Positions 29,545-39,052 of a stretch of DNA of 64,000 bases are shown here, in pieces (within the stretch, counting starts at the first letter, position 1; each line of letters opens with the position of its first letter). This DNA is from an uncultured Gemmatimonadales bacterium (GTDB lineage Bacteria; Gemmatimonadota; Gemmatimonadetes; JACCXV01; JAHWKZ01), in NCBI GenBank assembly GCA_947259315.1, contig CAMYLR010000008.1:31013-95012 (forward strand), in the 5' to 3' direction. Below the pieces are notes generated by a model. The model saw nothing but the letters and a program-made list of their open reading frames with translations, was not told the DNA's origin and did not search any database. Made by a program: the position numbers and the translations under genes.

Positions 29545-30528
29545 TCATGTTTGCCCTTGCTCAGTTATCATGGGGCCGGCGACCGAGGTCTGATGCTCAC
29601 TCATGTCGCCCCGGCGATCGACTACGTACAGTGATCCCTTGAATGACTTGGCGTAGTGCTTCATCTCGGTTGCCAACTCGCTCACTTTCGCGGGGTGCGT
29701 GAACTGGCGCCGCACGTTGGTGACACAACCAATCGACAACGTCATCAACGGTATCTCGCGAACACGCCCCTGCCGGTCTTCGGCGATGTAGAAGCCACGC
29801 TGTCGATCCTGGTCGGGATACTGCAGTGGCATCAGCGTATCGAACGTCTCGATGACTGCGTTGGATACTCGAGCTAAGTCTTCGAACGGCACGGTGTAAA
29901 TAAAGTCGTCCCCACCAATGTGACCCACGAAGCCGCTTGACGATAGCCGCCGCACTATGTCCCGGAGGATCAGGGAGAGGATCCAAATCACCTTGTCACC
30001 GCGCGGATACGAGTAGACGTCGTTGAATTCCTTGAACGAGTCGATGTCAGCGTAGCACACCGCGAACCGCTCACCGCCGGCGATCCTGCGCTCGATCTCA
30101 TGCTGAATGATCTTTGTGCCGGGCAACATCGTGGATGGGTGGACCGCTACATCCCGGGCAACCCGTTTTAGCACCATCCTGAGCCGTAGCCGCTGCTCAC
30201 GGCCAGAGTGGGTGCCGCTCAAGAACTCATCTGCCCCGCTCTGGAAGCCGTTGGCGATCTGTTCGACTTGATGCTCGCGCGACATGAACACGATCGGGAC
30301 GACCGAGTTGAACGGATCCGCCTTGAGTCGCTCGCACAGCTCCGAGGCGATCGCGAAATTGTCATCGGCGTCAAGCACGACGAGATCCACGATCCCCCGA
30401 TCGAGCGCCTGTCGGACCTCAACGGCGGTCTCGAGCGGGACGATGTCGCCGCCTTCTTCCTCGACAAATCGCTCCAGCGACTCGGGCGTGCGCAACGCAT
30501 GCGACAGATAGAGCACCCTGAGGCTCAT
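29545..30528 (-). CDS. Response regulator receiver + GGDEF domain protein (diguanylate cyclase-like; GGDDF variant)
   Basis: N-terminal receiver-like fold (DLVVLDADDN) without the N-terminal acidic pair. C-terminal GGDEF domain with HIGGDDFIY and RYGGDEF-type flanking motifs (FAVCYADIDSFKEFND). Confidence 0.8.
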   Translation of the reverse strand: MSLRVLYLSHALRTPESLERFVEEEGGDIVPLETAVEVRQALDRGIVDLVVLDADDNFAIASELCERLKADPFNSVVPIVFMSREHQVEQIANGFQSGADEFLSGTHSGREQRLRLRMVLKRVARDVAVHPSTMLPGTKIIQHEIERRIAGGERFAVCYADIDSFKEFNDVYSYPRGDKVIWILSLILRDIVRRLSSSGFVGHIGGDDFIYTVPFEDLARVSNAVIETFDTLMPLQYPDQDRQRGFYIAEDRQGRVREIPLMTLSIGCVTNVRRQFTHPAKVSELATEMKHYAKSFKGSLYVVDRRGDMSEHQTSVAGPMITEQGQT

Positions 30529-30591
30529 GACTTCTCCAAGCTGTGGGGTTGTCAGGGATGGCGCAACCGTGTCCCATCCCGATGATCGGGA

Positions 30592-33081
30592 TCAGTTGCT
30601 GATCCGGATTCCTGCCAGCGCGGTACGAGGTAGGCCGGGCCGCGCGCCAGCCGGCCGGCGAGCGACCACGTACTCTGCGGCAGTGAGGTTCTGTACCCCT
30701 GCAAACAGCGTCGCCCGCGGCGACAGGGTGTACTCGCTACCCACGCTCCAAACGGTGTAATCATCCGTCCCTTGTCCAGGGGGAATCGCACCACGGCCGG
30801 CCTGTGTTCGAGCGACGCTAACGTGATCGGCCGTGAGCTCGATCATCCAAACCGGGTGGGCGATACCGATCGCTGCATGCAATTGATGGCGCGGGACGTA
30901 GGGTAGCTCGTCGCCTTTTTCGACCGCGCCCCACGGTGGGAACGAGCTTTCAAAGCTGGCCCCAAACTCGGTCGAGGTATAGGTGTAAGCCAACCGGACG
31001 GGCGCTGACCATCGCTGGCTGGAGCCAAGCGGCTGATCACTGTTTAGCGCCAACTCGATGCCGGACACGCGCGCGGCGCCACCGTTGAACAATTCCCCCT
31101 CGCCGGTGTCATCGCCCACCGCCAGCGTGGCTTGGCCGAGGATGTTCTCGTAGTCGTTGTAGAACACGGTGGCTTGTGCTTCTGTGTGTGACCCGGTCAG
31201 TCGCAACCCAAGCTCGTAATTGAGGCTTCTCTCGGCTTCCGTGTCGTCGTCGGCTCCCGGTCCCGGCGGACCAAATCCGCGGTGCACACCACCAAAGAGA
31301 TCGATTCCCGCGTCAACCTCGTACCCGACCCCGAGACCGGGGATCCACGCGTCGACGTGCGTCTCCCTCACCCTCTCCGGCGCAATCCGCGTCGGATCGT
31401 CTACCGCGTAATCGGTACGTGAAAAGTCTATCGATTCGTAACGGACGCCGGGGGTCAGGCTCCACCGGCCGATCTCGACGCGATCCTGAAAGAACACGGC
31501 TTGCGCGGTTGCTTCACTAACTCGATTGGATTGGCTACCTGGCGATCCAGCGCTTGTCCGCGCCATCTCGCCCGCCAACATCTGGAAGCCATCCTCGTGT
31601 TGGAATCGATCTTCTTCATCTCTGTGGTATCGGATGCCAACCTCTATCTCGTGCTCGCTGAAACCAGCCTCAGCCACCAACCCGATCACGGATTGCACCC
31701 CGGTCGATGCGTAGTCGCGGTTGTTGGCTCGCACAGCCAACGCGTCCACGTCGCTGTCGCTTCCGCGTAACACAGCCAACGCGCCCAAATGCTGGTCGGG
31801 ATCGCTCAGGACATCAGCGATCGCAACGCCATTGACTCTCTCCAGCTTGTACCAGTTCCTGCCAAAATCGTTGTGATACACAACCGTGTTCACATCCGGT
31901 CCGGCCGGAAACCGTATCGCGTGTCGTAGCTGGAACTGTCGGTGATCGGCACGCATTACGTCCTCACTCGAGGCCCGATACCGACGAAACGGTTGACTCC
32001 GGAAGTCGGCCTCCGTCAGCCCGAGGTACGTCTCGTTCGACGTCTCGTCATAGACTCCGAGCTTTAACTCCAGCTGCTGGTACAAATGGGCTTCACGGTC
32101 GGTGTTGATCCGCAGCTTCAACCGATAGTCGTGAACATCAAAGCCCGTGTCACCCCCCCCGTCGAGCTCTTTGAAACCGCCGGTCCGAATCTGGTACGTC
32201 TCCGCCAACCAACCGAAGTGATCGCGTGCATCGCCGATTCCGACCCACGCTTTCCCCGTCTCGTCAGCGCCAGCCTCGAAGTCGCCAAACCATTCCAGTT
32301 GATCGGGAATCGGGGTAGAGACAAAGTTGATCGCCCCCCCGATGGTGTGCGGTCCGTACTTGATCTGGCTCGAGCCCTTGCGGATCTCGATGGCGTTCAT
32401 CCGGCCTGCCACCGGGGCGTAGTAGGCGGCTGGCGCAGCGTACGGAGCCGGAGCGATCAACACGCCATCTTCCATGAGCGTGATCTTCGAGCTGCGCTCT
32501 GAGCCGGTGCCGCGGATCCCGATATTGGGTCGCAGCCCATAACCCTCTTCTTCTTGGATGTTGACCCCAGGGATCTCGCGCAGAAAGGCGTTCACATCGT
32601 CATAGAGCAGTTTGCGCCGATTGAGCTCCTCCGGCCCCAAGTAGTGTGCTGAGCCGTGAATGCGACCCAAACCGTCCTTGCCACCCACCACGCTGAAGCG
32701 GTTGAGAACAACCTCGATCGGCGGGGCACGCAGCGCACCGGGTCCAAGTGCAACCTCAGTTGTCCGCTGTTCGCCAGCCGCGAGCTCTACCGTCAAGCGC
32801 TGGGTTTGCCAGCCCAATGCCCTGACCTCGACCTGCACTCGTCCGGCCGGCAGTCGATCCAATACCGCCCAGCCCCCACTGTCCGACACCGCTATCCGAT
32901 CGACGGTCGGGACTTCGACCCGTGCGCCGGCGATCGGATCTCCAGCCTCAGACATGACCCGGGTCTTGAGCTGGCCAGTGCCCTGAGCAAAGGCGCCAGG
33001 TCCCACCAGCAGCAGGCTTGCACCCAGCACACAAAGCGCCGCGCCTATTCGTTGAGATCGATTCTCAATCATCGGCTTCAC
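30592..33081 (-). CDS. TonB-dependent outer membrane receptor with a CarboxypepD_reg-like N-terminal domain
   Basis: Signal peptide, then a carboxypeptidase-regulatory-like domain (GARVEVPT...). Plug domain (YGPHTIGGAINFVS), a 22-strand barrel, and a C-terminal aromatic residue. Confidence 0.85.
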   Translation of the reverse strand: MKPMIENRSQRIGAALCVLGASLLLVGPGAFAQGTGQLKTRVMSEAGDPIAGARVEVPTVDRIAVSDSGGWAVLDRLPAGRVQVEVRALGWQTQRLTVELAAGEQRTTEVALGPGALRAPPIEVVLNRFSVVGGKDGLGRIHGSAHYLGPEELNRRKLLYDDVNAFLREIPGVNIQEEEGYGLRPNIGIRGTGSERSSKITLMEDGVLIAPAPYAAPAAYYAPVAGRMNAIEIRKGSSQIKYGPHTIGGAINFVSTPIPDQLEWFGDFEAGADETGKAWVGIGDARDHFGWLAETYQIRTGGFKELDGGGDTGFDVHDYRLKLRINTDREAHLYQQLELKLGVYDETSNETYLGLTEADFRSQPFRRYRASSEDVMRADHRQFQLRHAIRFPAGPDVNTVVYHNDFGRNWYKLERVNGVAIADVLSDPDQHLGALAVLRGSDSDVDALAVRANNRDYASTGVQSVIGLVAEAGFSEHEIEVGIRYHRDEEDRFQHEDGFQMLAGEMARTSAGSPGSQSNRVSEATAQAVFFQDRVEIGRWSLTPGVRYESIDFSRTDYAVDDPTRIAPERVRETHVDAWIPGLGVGYEVDAGIDLFGGVHRGFGPPGPGADDDTEAERSLNYELGLRLTGSHTEAQATVFYNDYENILGQATLAVGDDTGEGELFNGGAARVSGIELALNSDQPLGSSQRWSAPVRLAYTYTSTEFGASFESSFPPWGAVEKGDELPYVPRHQLHAAIGIAHPVWMIELTADHVSVARTQAGRGAIPPGQGTDDYTVWSVGSEYTLSPRATLFAGVQNLTAAEYVVARRPAGARPGLPRTALAGIRISN

Positions 33082-33149
33082 GATACCGCCAAAAGCGGAC
33101 CTGTCAAGTCTGTTTTTTGGTAACGATTATCGAATGGGGATCGTTGGTG

Positions 33150-34000
33150 CTACGGCTCGATTAGCCTGAGGTGACTCTGCTGCTCGATCTCGATCGATCG
33201 GCGCGCAACCAAACCGTCTTCAACTATGACCCGCGTGATCTCAGCCTCGGCGTTGGTCTCCACTCGGATTGTCTGGCCCCGTTCGTGAGCGAAGTACATC
33301 CGCCCTCGCACCCGAATTCGCTCTTCGGCCGAGACGGCGCCGGAATCGTCGTCCTTCTCGGGGGCAGTAGGCAGATAGACGTCACCGTCGAAGGCGATGA
33401 TCGCGATCGGTTCACCGTCCTCCTCGGTTAGATCCTCGAGGACGTAGTTGGACGTCGTGACGACCGGTTCGGCCTCTGGCGAGAGCACCTTGACCTGCTG
33501 AGTCCAACTGTCACCGATCTTGAGCGCTCGTTGGGGGAAAACCGGTTGTGTCTGCTCCAAGTAGGTGCGGAAATCCATATCGTGGAACAGGGTCTTCGCG
33601 GTCTCGAGGTTGGTGACGTCGATGATCCTGCCCTGAGGGCTGATCTCGAGGTTGATCGTGAAGTCGCCGGGTTCTGACTCCTCTTCGTCTTCGACCCTGG
33701 CGGGTAGGTGATAGGTCCATGCCAGCAGATAGTTGCCGCTCGGGGTTAGATCGGTCGCGACTTCGTCAACGCGCAGGCGCCGCTCATACGTTCTCGTGGT
33801 CTTGTCTGCGGTGACCGTATCGGGATAAGTCGCGGTACCGTTGGCGGTGTACTCGTAGTAGAGGGTGTCTCCCACTTGGTAGTGGAGTCGCAGCGCTACC
33901 TGGGGCTCGTCGGGGGCCTCTCGACAGCCGGTCAGGCACAAAGCGGCCAGCAGCAGCGGAAGCAGCTGCCTCTTTCTATCCGGGTTTAGGGAGTTCATGG
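33150..34000 (-). CDS. Hypothetical lipoprotein
   Basis: The internal ATG gives MNSLNPDRKRQLLPLLLAALCLTGC (lipobox LTGC). The longer track ORF (to 34403) overlaps the anti-sigma gene and is probably an over-extension. Confidence 0.5.
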
Positions 34001-34480
34001 CGCTTCGGCGAGACTCGCCAGGATGACGCCCTTGGACAGTGGATCGACGCTGCCGACGGCAACCGTGGCTCGCTCGAAGAACTCGTAATCGTCCTCCCAT
34101 CCACTGTCGAAAGCGACCGCCGGAACCGGCGGTTCCGATTCCATGGGCTCGCTGCGGGCTCCCCACCACACGCCGATCAATAGCACGATCGAAGCCGCCA
34201 TACCGAGAGCCGGAGCCATCCAACGCGTCGCTCGTGGCGCGCTGCGAGCAACGAACGGCCACCGCGCCCAAAAGGAGTCCCAGTACCCGATCGGCGGCCG
34301 TGGCGGATCGGCACCATACCAGCGGAGCGAACTCAACAACGCGCCACACTCCTCGTGCTGCATCCGGCAGGCCTCGCACCTCCATAGATGCACCTCGGCA
34401 CACCGCGCGCGGGCGGGATCGAGCCGTCCGTCCAGCAGTTCGTACAGCGTCTCCCTATCGAGGTGCTGGGTTTGACTCAT
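33995..34480 (-). CDS. Anti-sigma factor (zinc-finger type, single TM)
   Basis: HxxxCxxC (EVHLWRCEACR), TM segment MAPALGMAASIVLLIGVWW, and an SD (GGAGG) upstream of the ATG at 34480. Confidence 0.6.
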   Translation of the reverse strand: MSQTQHLDRETLYELLDGRLDPARARCAEVHLWRCEACRMQHEECGALLSSLRWYGADPPRPPIGYWDSFWARWPFVARSAPRATRWMAPALGMAASIVLLIGVWWGARSEPMESEPPVPAVAFDSGWEDDYEFFERATVAVGSVDPLSKGVILASLAEAP

Positions 34481-34575
34481 GCGTCGCGATTCCTCCATTT
34501 CGGACTCCATTACCTAGACGCAAACCCCGAGCCGATGTTCAAGCGCATCATCGTGACCCGCCCCGGCGAACCACC

Positions 34576-35181
34576 TCAGCGGTGCTTGGAGAGAATGCGG
34601 CGCAGTTTCTCACGCCCGTAAAACAGGTTGGATCGAACCGTCGCCGTCGGGCAACCGCACTTCCGAGCCACCTCTTCAGTCGACAACCCCTCGATATCGT
34701 GAAGTACCACGATCTCCCGCTGCCGCGGCGGCAGCACAGCAATCGCCCGCTCGAGCTTCAACAGGAACTCCCGATGCTCGACCCGCTGGTCGGGCGATTC
34801 GGAGCGGTGATCGGCAAAGCCTTCCTCGAACCCCTCGGGTGATTGAGACTCGACCGCAGTCGACCGCTGGCGGCGACGTAGATGGTCCAAAGCGGTGTTG
34901 ACGATGATCCTCCGGGCCCACGGGAAGAACGCCTCCGGTCGTGATAGCCGGGCGAGGTTTTGATACACCTTCACGAACCCCTCTTGCAGCACGTCGTTGG
35001 CATCCTCATGCGATCCCGTGTACCTCCGGGCCAACGCGTAGAAAGCGTCTTGATATGCCGATATGAGATCGCGAAAGGCGCGTGCGTCATGACCCGCGGC
35101 TCGAGCGACCAAATCGGCCAAGCGCTCGTCCACGGCCGCCGTTGTTGAGGTTTGTCTGATTGAGGTCGTCGAGTCTGTCAT
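34576..35181 (-). CDS. ECF (group IV) RNA polymerase sigma factor
   Basis: Sigma-70 region 2 (VLQEGFVKVYQNL, FFPWARRIIVNTALD) and region 4 (LSTEEVARKCGCPTATVRSNLFYGREKLRR). Confidence 0.85.
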   Translation of the reverse strand: MTDSTTSIRQTSTTAAVDERLADLVARAAGHDARAFRDLISAYQDAFYALARRYTGSHEDANDVLQEGFVKVYQNLARLSRPEAFFPWARRIIVNTALDHLRRRQRSTAVESQSPEGFEEGFADHRSESPDQRVEHREFLLKLERAIAVLPPRQREIVVLHDIEGLSTEEVARKCGCPTATVRSNLFYGREKLRRILSKHR

Positions 35182-36899
35182 AGCGCCTTTCCGCGCGTGC
35201 CCTGCTCCTCAACACCTAAGATCCAAGCTGCGACCCGGCCGATCGGAAGGTCGTCTCCGGGCGTCCAATACGCACGATCCTCAAACACTTCGGACGAGGT
35301 ATCGGCTGGTTGGCCTTCGATCTCACTGATGATCAACCGAGCTCGCTCACGCCATCGCTCGAGGTTGGCCGGTTGCAGGTCAACCCAGCCCGCATCAGCC
35401 CAGCGCTCGATGCTCTCCGGCGTCAGCTCCTCGCGCGCCTCTTCGAAATACACCGGAATCTTCATCTCGGGACCCCTGATCAACCGGCCGCTCGGCAATC
35501 GGATCGGAAGCCCGATCGATAGAATGTGCGATCTCAGCTTCGTATCCTGGGTGACGATCTCAGCGCACGCGGCGCTCATTTCTTCTGGATCACTGTTTGC
35601 CACCGCCTCGAGACTGCCCCGCGCGCGCCTCAGCAGAGCGGCCTCGTAGAGGAGCTTCGACAAACGCGGTGGACCGAGCATTTCGAACGCCACCGACTCG
35701 AAACCGGTATCGGCTTCCAGCTCCCGCATCTGCTCAAGTGCTCGGTGGCGCATGACACCCGCTCGATACGTTGGTCCAAGCGTCGAACCGTCCAGCGCGG
35801 CGACCACCTCACGGCCCGTGGTGCCACCCTTGATCTCAGCGATTACGTCGGCGGCGATCTCTTCAGGCGTGACGAACTCCATCTGCCCAAGCGCGGTCAC
35901 CGTCTCGAACTCCTCGCAAGAGAAGACCCCGTTCTCCCCGGTATCGATAAAAACCGACTCCAGCAGCGCCTGCCCTCCCTCACTGCCCTGCACCGGCGCC
36001 CAACCGGTTGCATCGTCGGCTATCGCCGCACCCACCTCCACGGCGCGCTCAGTCTCGCAGTCGTAGAGCGGTATCGGGCGTCCACCCACGGTGACCGGAC
36101 CAGCCCCGATTTCTTTCCAGGCGATCGCCGCGCTCGGCTTGATCTCCTTCACGATCGGGGCGTCCGGCGTACGAGCCAACAGGTAGAGCAGCATCGAGTG
36201 AGCGCCCGCGATCGACGACTTGGTTAGCAGGACGCGGCTCGGTTTCTCCTCGGAGTGCGTGTACGGGATGTTCAACCCCATGCCCCCCGAACCAGTGGTG
36301 CCCACTTTCAGATAGAAAGACGCCCCGGCTGCTTTGAGCGACGCCCTGAGAACCTGGACGTGCCGGATCAATTGCGGGAGCGAGAGCGTCGTCAGGTGTT
36401 GTTCGATGACGTCAGACAACTCCTGAGCGCCAGCCGTGCCGGCGTCGACGCGGGCCACAACGTTCTGCACTCGGCGAACGCTGTAAAAAACATCCTGGTA
36501 TGCGAATGCCGTTGCGGTGTTAATGCAGTCGATGACCACGTGGGGGCGTGAGTCAGTTAACAACCGATACAAGTATGCCTCGGACAAGATCTCGCTGCTG
36601 AGCTCCTTCATTGTGTCGTCAATGATCTCGCGGCGCGTGGATCGGTCCACGAGCAGCACGGTGCGGTTCTCGTCCTTCAGCGAGTCACGTACGAACACAT
36701 TGCCCCAGGCGGGTTCGAACCCAACGCCTTCGGACGAGAATCTCTCCCTAAGTGCTGCTACAGCTTCCTCGGCCTCGTTTCGCCGAAGCGAATGGATCAC
36801 AACCGCCTCTGGCGCCTCCGGGATCAACGCCCTGGCGATCGCTCTCCCAACCAATCCCCATCCGCCGAGGATGAGCACCCTGCGATCCCTAAGATCCAT
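35178..36899 (-). CDS. Hypothetical protein, 573 aa: an N-terminal Rossmann-type NAD(P)-binding fold plus a large uncharacterised C-terminal region
   Basis: RRVLILGGWGLVGRAIARAL is a GxGxxG dinucleotide-binding motif; KVGTTGSGGMG is glycine-rich. No family assigned by inspection. ATGA overlap with the ECF sigma gene and an 11-nt overlap with rluB. Confidence 0.6.
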   Translation of the reverse strand: MDLRDRRVLILGGWGLVGRAIARALIPEAPEAVVIHSLRRNEAEEAVAALRERFSSEGVGFEPAWGNVFVRDSLKDENRTVLLVDRSTRREIIDDTMKELSSEILSEAYLYRLLTDSRPHVVIDCINTATAFAYQDVFYSVRRVQNVVARVDAGTAGAQELSDVIEQHLTTLSLPQLIRHVQVLRASLKAAGASFYLKVGTTGSGGMGLNIPYTHSEEKPSRVLLTKSSIAGAHSMLLYLLARTPDAPIVKEIKPSAAIAWKEIGAGPVTVGGRPIPLYDCETERAVEVGAAIADDATGWAPVQGSEGGQALLESVFIDTGENGVFSCEEFETVTALGQMEFVTPEEIAADVIAEIKGGTTGREVVAALDGSTLGPTYRAGVMRHRALEQMRELEADTGFESVAFEMLGPPRLSKLLYEAALLRRARGSLEAVANSDPEEMSAACAEIVTQDTKLRSHILSIGLPIRLPSGRLIRGPEMKIPVYFEEAREELTPESIERWADAGWVDLQPANLERWRERARLIISEIEGQPADTSSEVFEDRAYWTPGDDLPIGRVAAWILGVEEQGTRGKAL

Positions 36900-37686
36900 C
36901 CTGCCCCGTCCTTAGATTCTCCTCGCCGCGACCCAAACCAACCAACGCCATCAGTTCCTCCACCTCTCCTCGTTCCAACCAACGCCACTGGCCCGCTGAC
37001 AGATCCGTCGCCTCCAGGAACGCGTACCGAGTGCGCACGAGTCGCTCCACGTAACCTCCACAGGCAGCGATAATACGTCGCACCTCACGCTTCCGGCCCT
37101 CCGACAACTCCAGCTCTATCATCCAGTGATCGGTCGTCGTCGATCGACTGCGGTCGAGGCACCGAAACCGATAGGGCCCAGTCATGCCATCATCCAATTC
37201 GAGTCCTCGCTCCGATCCTGCAGCCAGCCGATCCATGTCGAATCGCCCCGTCACATCGACTCGATAGACACGTTTGACACCCCATCTTGGATGAGTCAAT
37301 CGGTGCGACAACTCACCGTCAGTCGTGAACAACAGAACACCTTCCGTGTCGCGATCCAATCGACCCACGTAGATCAGTCGACCTCGATCGGGCTCGGGGA
37401 TGAATCCGTACACCGTTTTGCCACCCCGAGGATCTCGGCGGGTGGTCAGCACCCCAGCCGGCTTGTTGAACAACAGACACTCCGGCATAGATCGCGTGCC
37501 GTTCCCAAACTCGGCCTCCACGATCTCGCCTCGATAGGTGACCCGGTCCGAGGGCCCAACGACAGTCCCCGGCTGCGTAACGACACAACCGTTCACAGCT
37601 ACCAGCCCGGCCGCGATCAAGTCCTCGCATTTGCGGCGGGACGCAATCCCGGCTTGAGCGAGATAACGCTGCAGTCGAACGGTCAC
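36889..37686 (-). CDS. rluB: Pseudouridine synthase, RsuA/RluB family (S4 domain + catalytic domain)
   Basis: S4 domain LQRYLAQAGIASRRKCEDLI; catalytic YVGRLDRDTEGVLLFTTDGEL. Confidence 0.85.
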   Translation of the reverse strand: MTVRLQRYLAQAGIASRRKCEDLIAAGLVAVNGCVVTQPGTVVGPSDRVTYRGEIVEAEFGNGTRSMPECLLFNKPAGVLTTRRDPRGGKTVYGFIPEPDRGRLIYVGRLDRDTEGVLLFTTDGELSHRLTHPRWGVKRVYRVDVTGRFDMDRLAAGSERGLELDDGMTGPYRFRCLDRSRSTTTDHWMIELELSEGRKREVRRIIAACGGYVERLVRTRYAFLEATDLSAGQWRWLERGEVEELMALVGLGRGEENLRTGQDGS

Positions 37687-38303
37687 TCACTTTCCTCGGC
37701 GACCGCGTCCCCGGAGTCGAACTCCAACTCCTCCTGGCGCTCACGATCGGCGAAGAGAACCTCCAGCTCTTCCGGCTTGGGAAGCGCGTCGAGGCCCGGC
37801 AAACCGAAGTACTCGAGAAAGTGGCCCGTAGTGCGGTACAGGAGCGGCCGACCGAGCCCCTCTCCCCGACCGGCGACCTGTACCAGACCGCGTTCCAGAA
37901 GCGTCCTCAGAACGGCGTCCACCGACACGCCACGGATCGACTCGAGCTCGACTCTGGCTACTGGCTGCTTGTAAGCGATGATCGCGAGCGTCTCTAGCGC
38001 GGGGCGAGACAGCCGCGGACGCGGTGCGGCCGCACGGAGCCGCTCGATCCAAGCCGCATAATCCGACCGGGTGACGATTTGAAACCCATCGGCGATGCGT
38101 TTGATTCCGAATGCTCTGCGCTGCAGAGCGTAGTCCGTCTGCAGGTCGCGGACGATGTCTTCGATCATCGCCGGCGTCGTCTCCCCGATCAAACCCGCCA
38201 GCTGCCCCGAGGTGAGTGGCTCGTCGGCAGCGAATAACAGCGCTTCGACGATGTGCTTGGTATCGAGAACCGCCCCGGTGGGAGCAGCGTTTGCATCAGT
38301 CAT
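37683..38303 (-). CDS. scpB: Segregation and condensation protein B
   Basis: IVEALLFAADEPLT and ETLAIIAYKQPVARVELESIRGV (winged helix). Starts at the internal ATG (MTDANAAPTG) with an ATGA junction to scpA. Confidence 0.85.
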   Translation of the reverse strand: MTDANAAPTGAVLDTKHIVEALLFAADEPLTSGQLAGLIGETTPAMIEDIVRDLQTDYALQRRAFGIKRIADGFQIVTRSDYAAWIERLRAAAPRPRLSRPALETLAIIAYKQPVARVELESIRGVSVDAVLRTLLERGLVQVAGRGEGLGRPLLYRTTGHFLEYFGLPGLDALPKPEELEVLFADRERQEELEFDSGDAVAEESE

Positions 38304-39052
38304 TTCTTGAATCCCTCGCCTACGAAGACGTTGATATCGCCGAACCGCTCGGCCTGCCGCAACCGAATCTCGCCCTCGCGAGCCATCTCCAGCAGAGCTA
38401 CAAAGGTCACGATCCAATGGGAGCGGGGTTCACCCACCACGAATAGCTCGCGGAAAGAACTCCGACCATCTCGCTTCAATCGACTGCGAATGAAATCGAC
38501 CTTCTCCTCGATCGTGACCGCGAGCGGCTCCAGATGGTGGACCCGATCCCGGGCTGCTTGCTCCATAACGTCGGCAAAAGCCCGCAATAGATCGCCGAGT
38601 GTGGCCCGATTGGCGGGTTCCTCCTCGGCTCTCGCTTCGTCCTCCGCCAGCCACTCCCGGTATCCTCTGCTGAACAACAGTCGACGCGACGATTCATGGT
38701 CCCGGAGGTGTTCGGCGATCTCCTTGAACTGCTGGTACTCGATGATCTTCAGCACCAGCTCTCGCCGCGGATCCTCCAGCTCCTCGTCGTCCAAATCCGG
38801 CTGCGGGAGCAGCATCTGAGCCTTTATCCGCATCAACGTCGCTGCCATCAACAAGAACTCGCCGGCACTCTCGAGTTTTTCACGCGTCATCGCCTCGACG
38901 TATTCGAGAAACTGCTCGGTGATCAGCGCTATCGGTATGTCATAGATGTCCACCTCGTTCTTCTTGACGAGGTAGACCAAGAGGTCGAGTGGGCCCTCGA
39001 AGTCGAGGGTCTCGAGCTTTACGCTGTGACCGGTCGATTCGACGTCTGCCAT
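38300..39052 (-). CDS. scpA: Segregation and condensation protein A (kleisin)
   Basis: LETLDFEGPLDLLVYLVKKNEVDIYDIPIALITEQFLEY. Confidence 0.85.
   Translation of the reverse strand: MADVESTGHSVKLETLDFEGPLDLLVYLVKKNEVDIYDIPIALITEQFLEYVEAMTREKLESAGEFLLMAATLMRIKAQMLLPQPDLDDEELEDPRRELVLKIIEYQQFKEIAEHLRDHESSRRLLFSRGYREWLAEDEARAEEEPANRATLGDLLRAFADVMEQAARDRVHHLEPLAVTIEEKVDFIRSRLKRDGRSSFRELFVVGEPRSHWIVTFVALLEMAREGEIRLRQAERFGDINVFVGEGFKK

Noticed and set aside
33150-34403. 417-aa version of the lipoprotein ORF
   Set aside because: The upstream 135 codons overlap the anti-sigma gene and read as Arg/Gly-rich shadow. The lipoprotein signal peptide plus lipobox begins at the internal ATG 34000.
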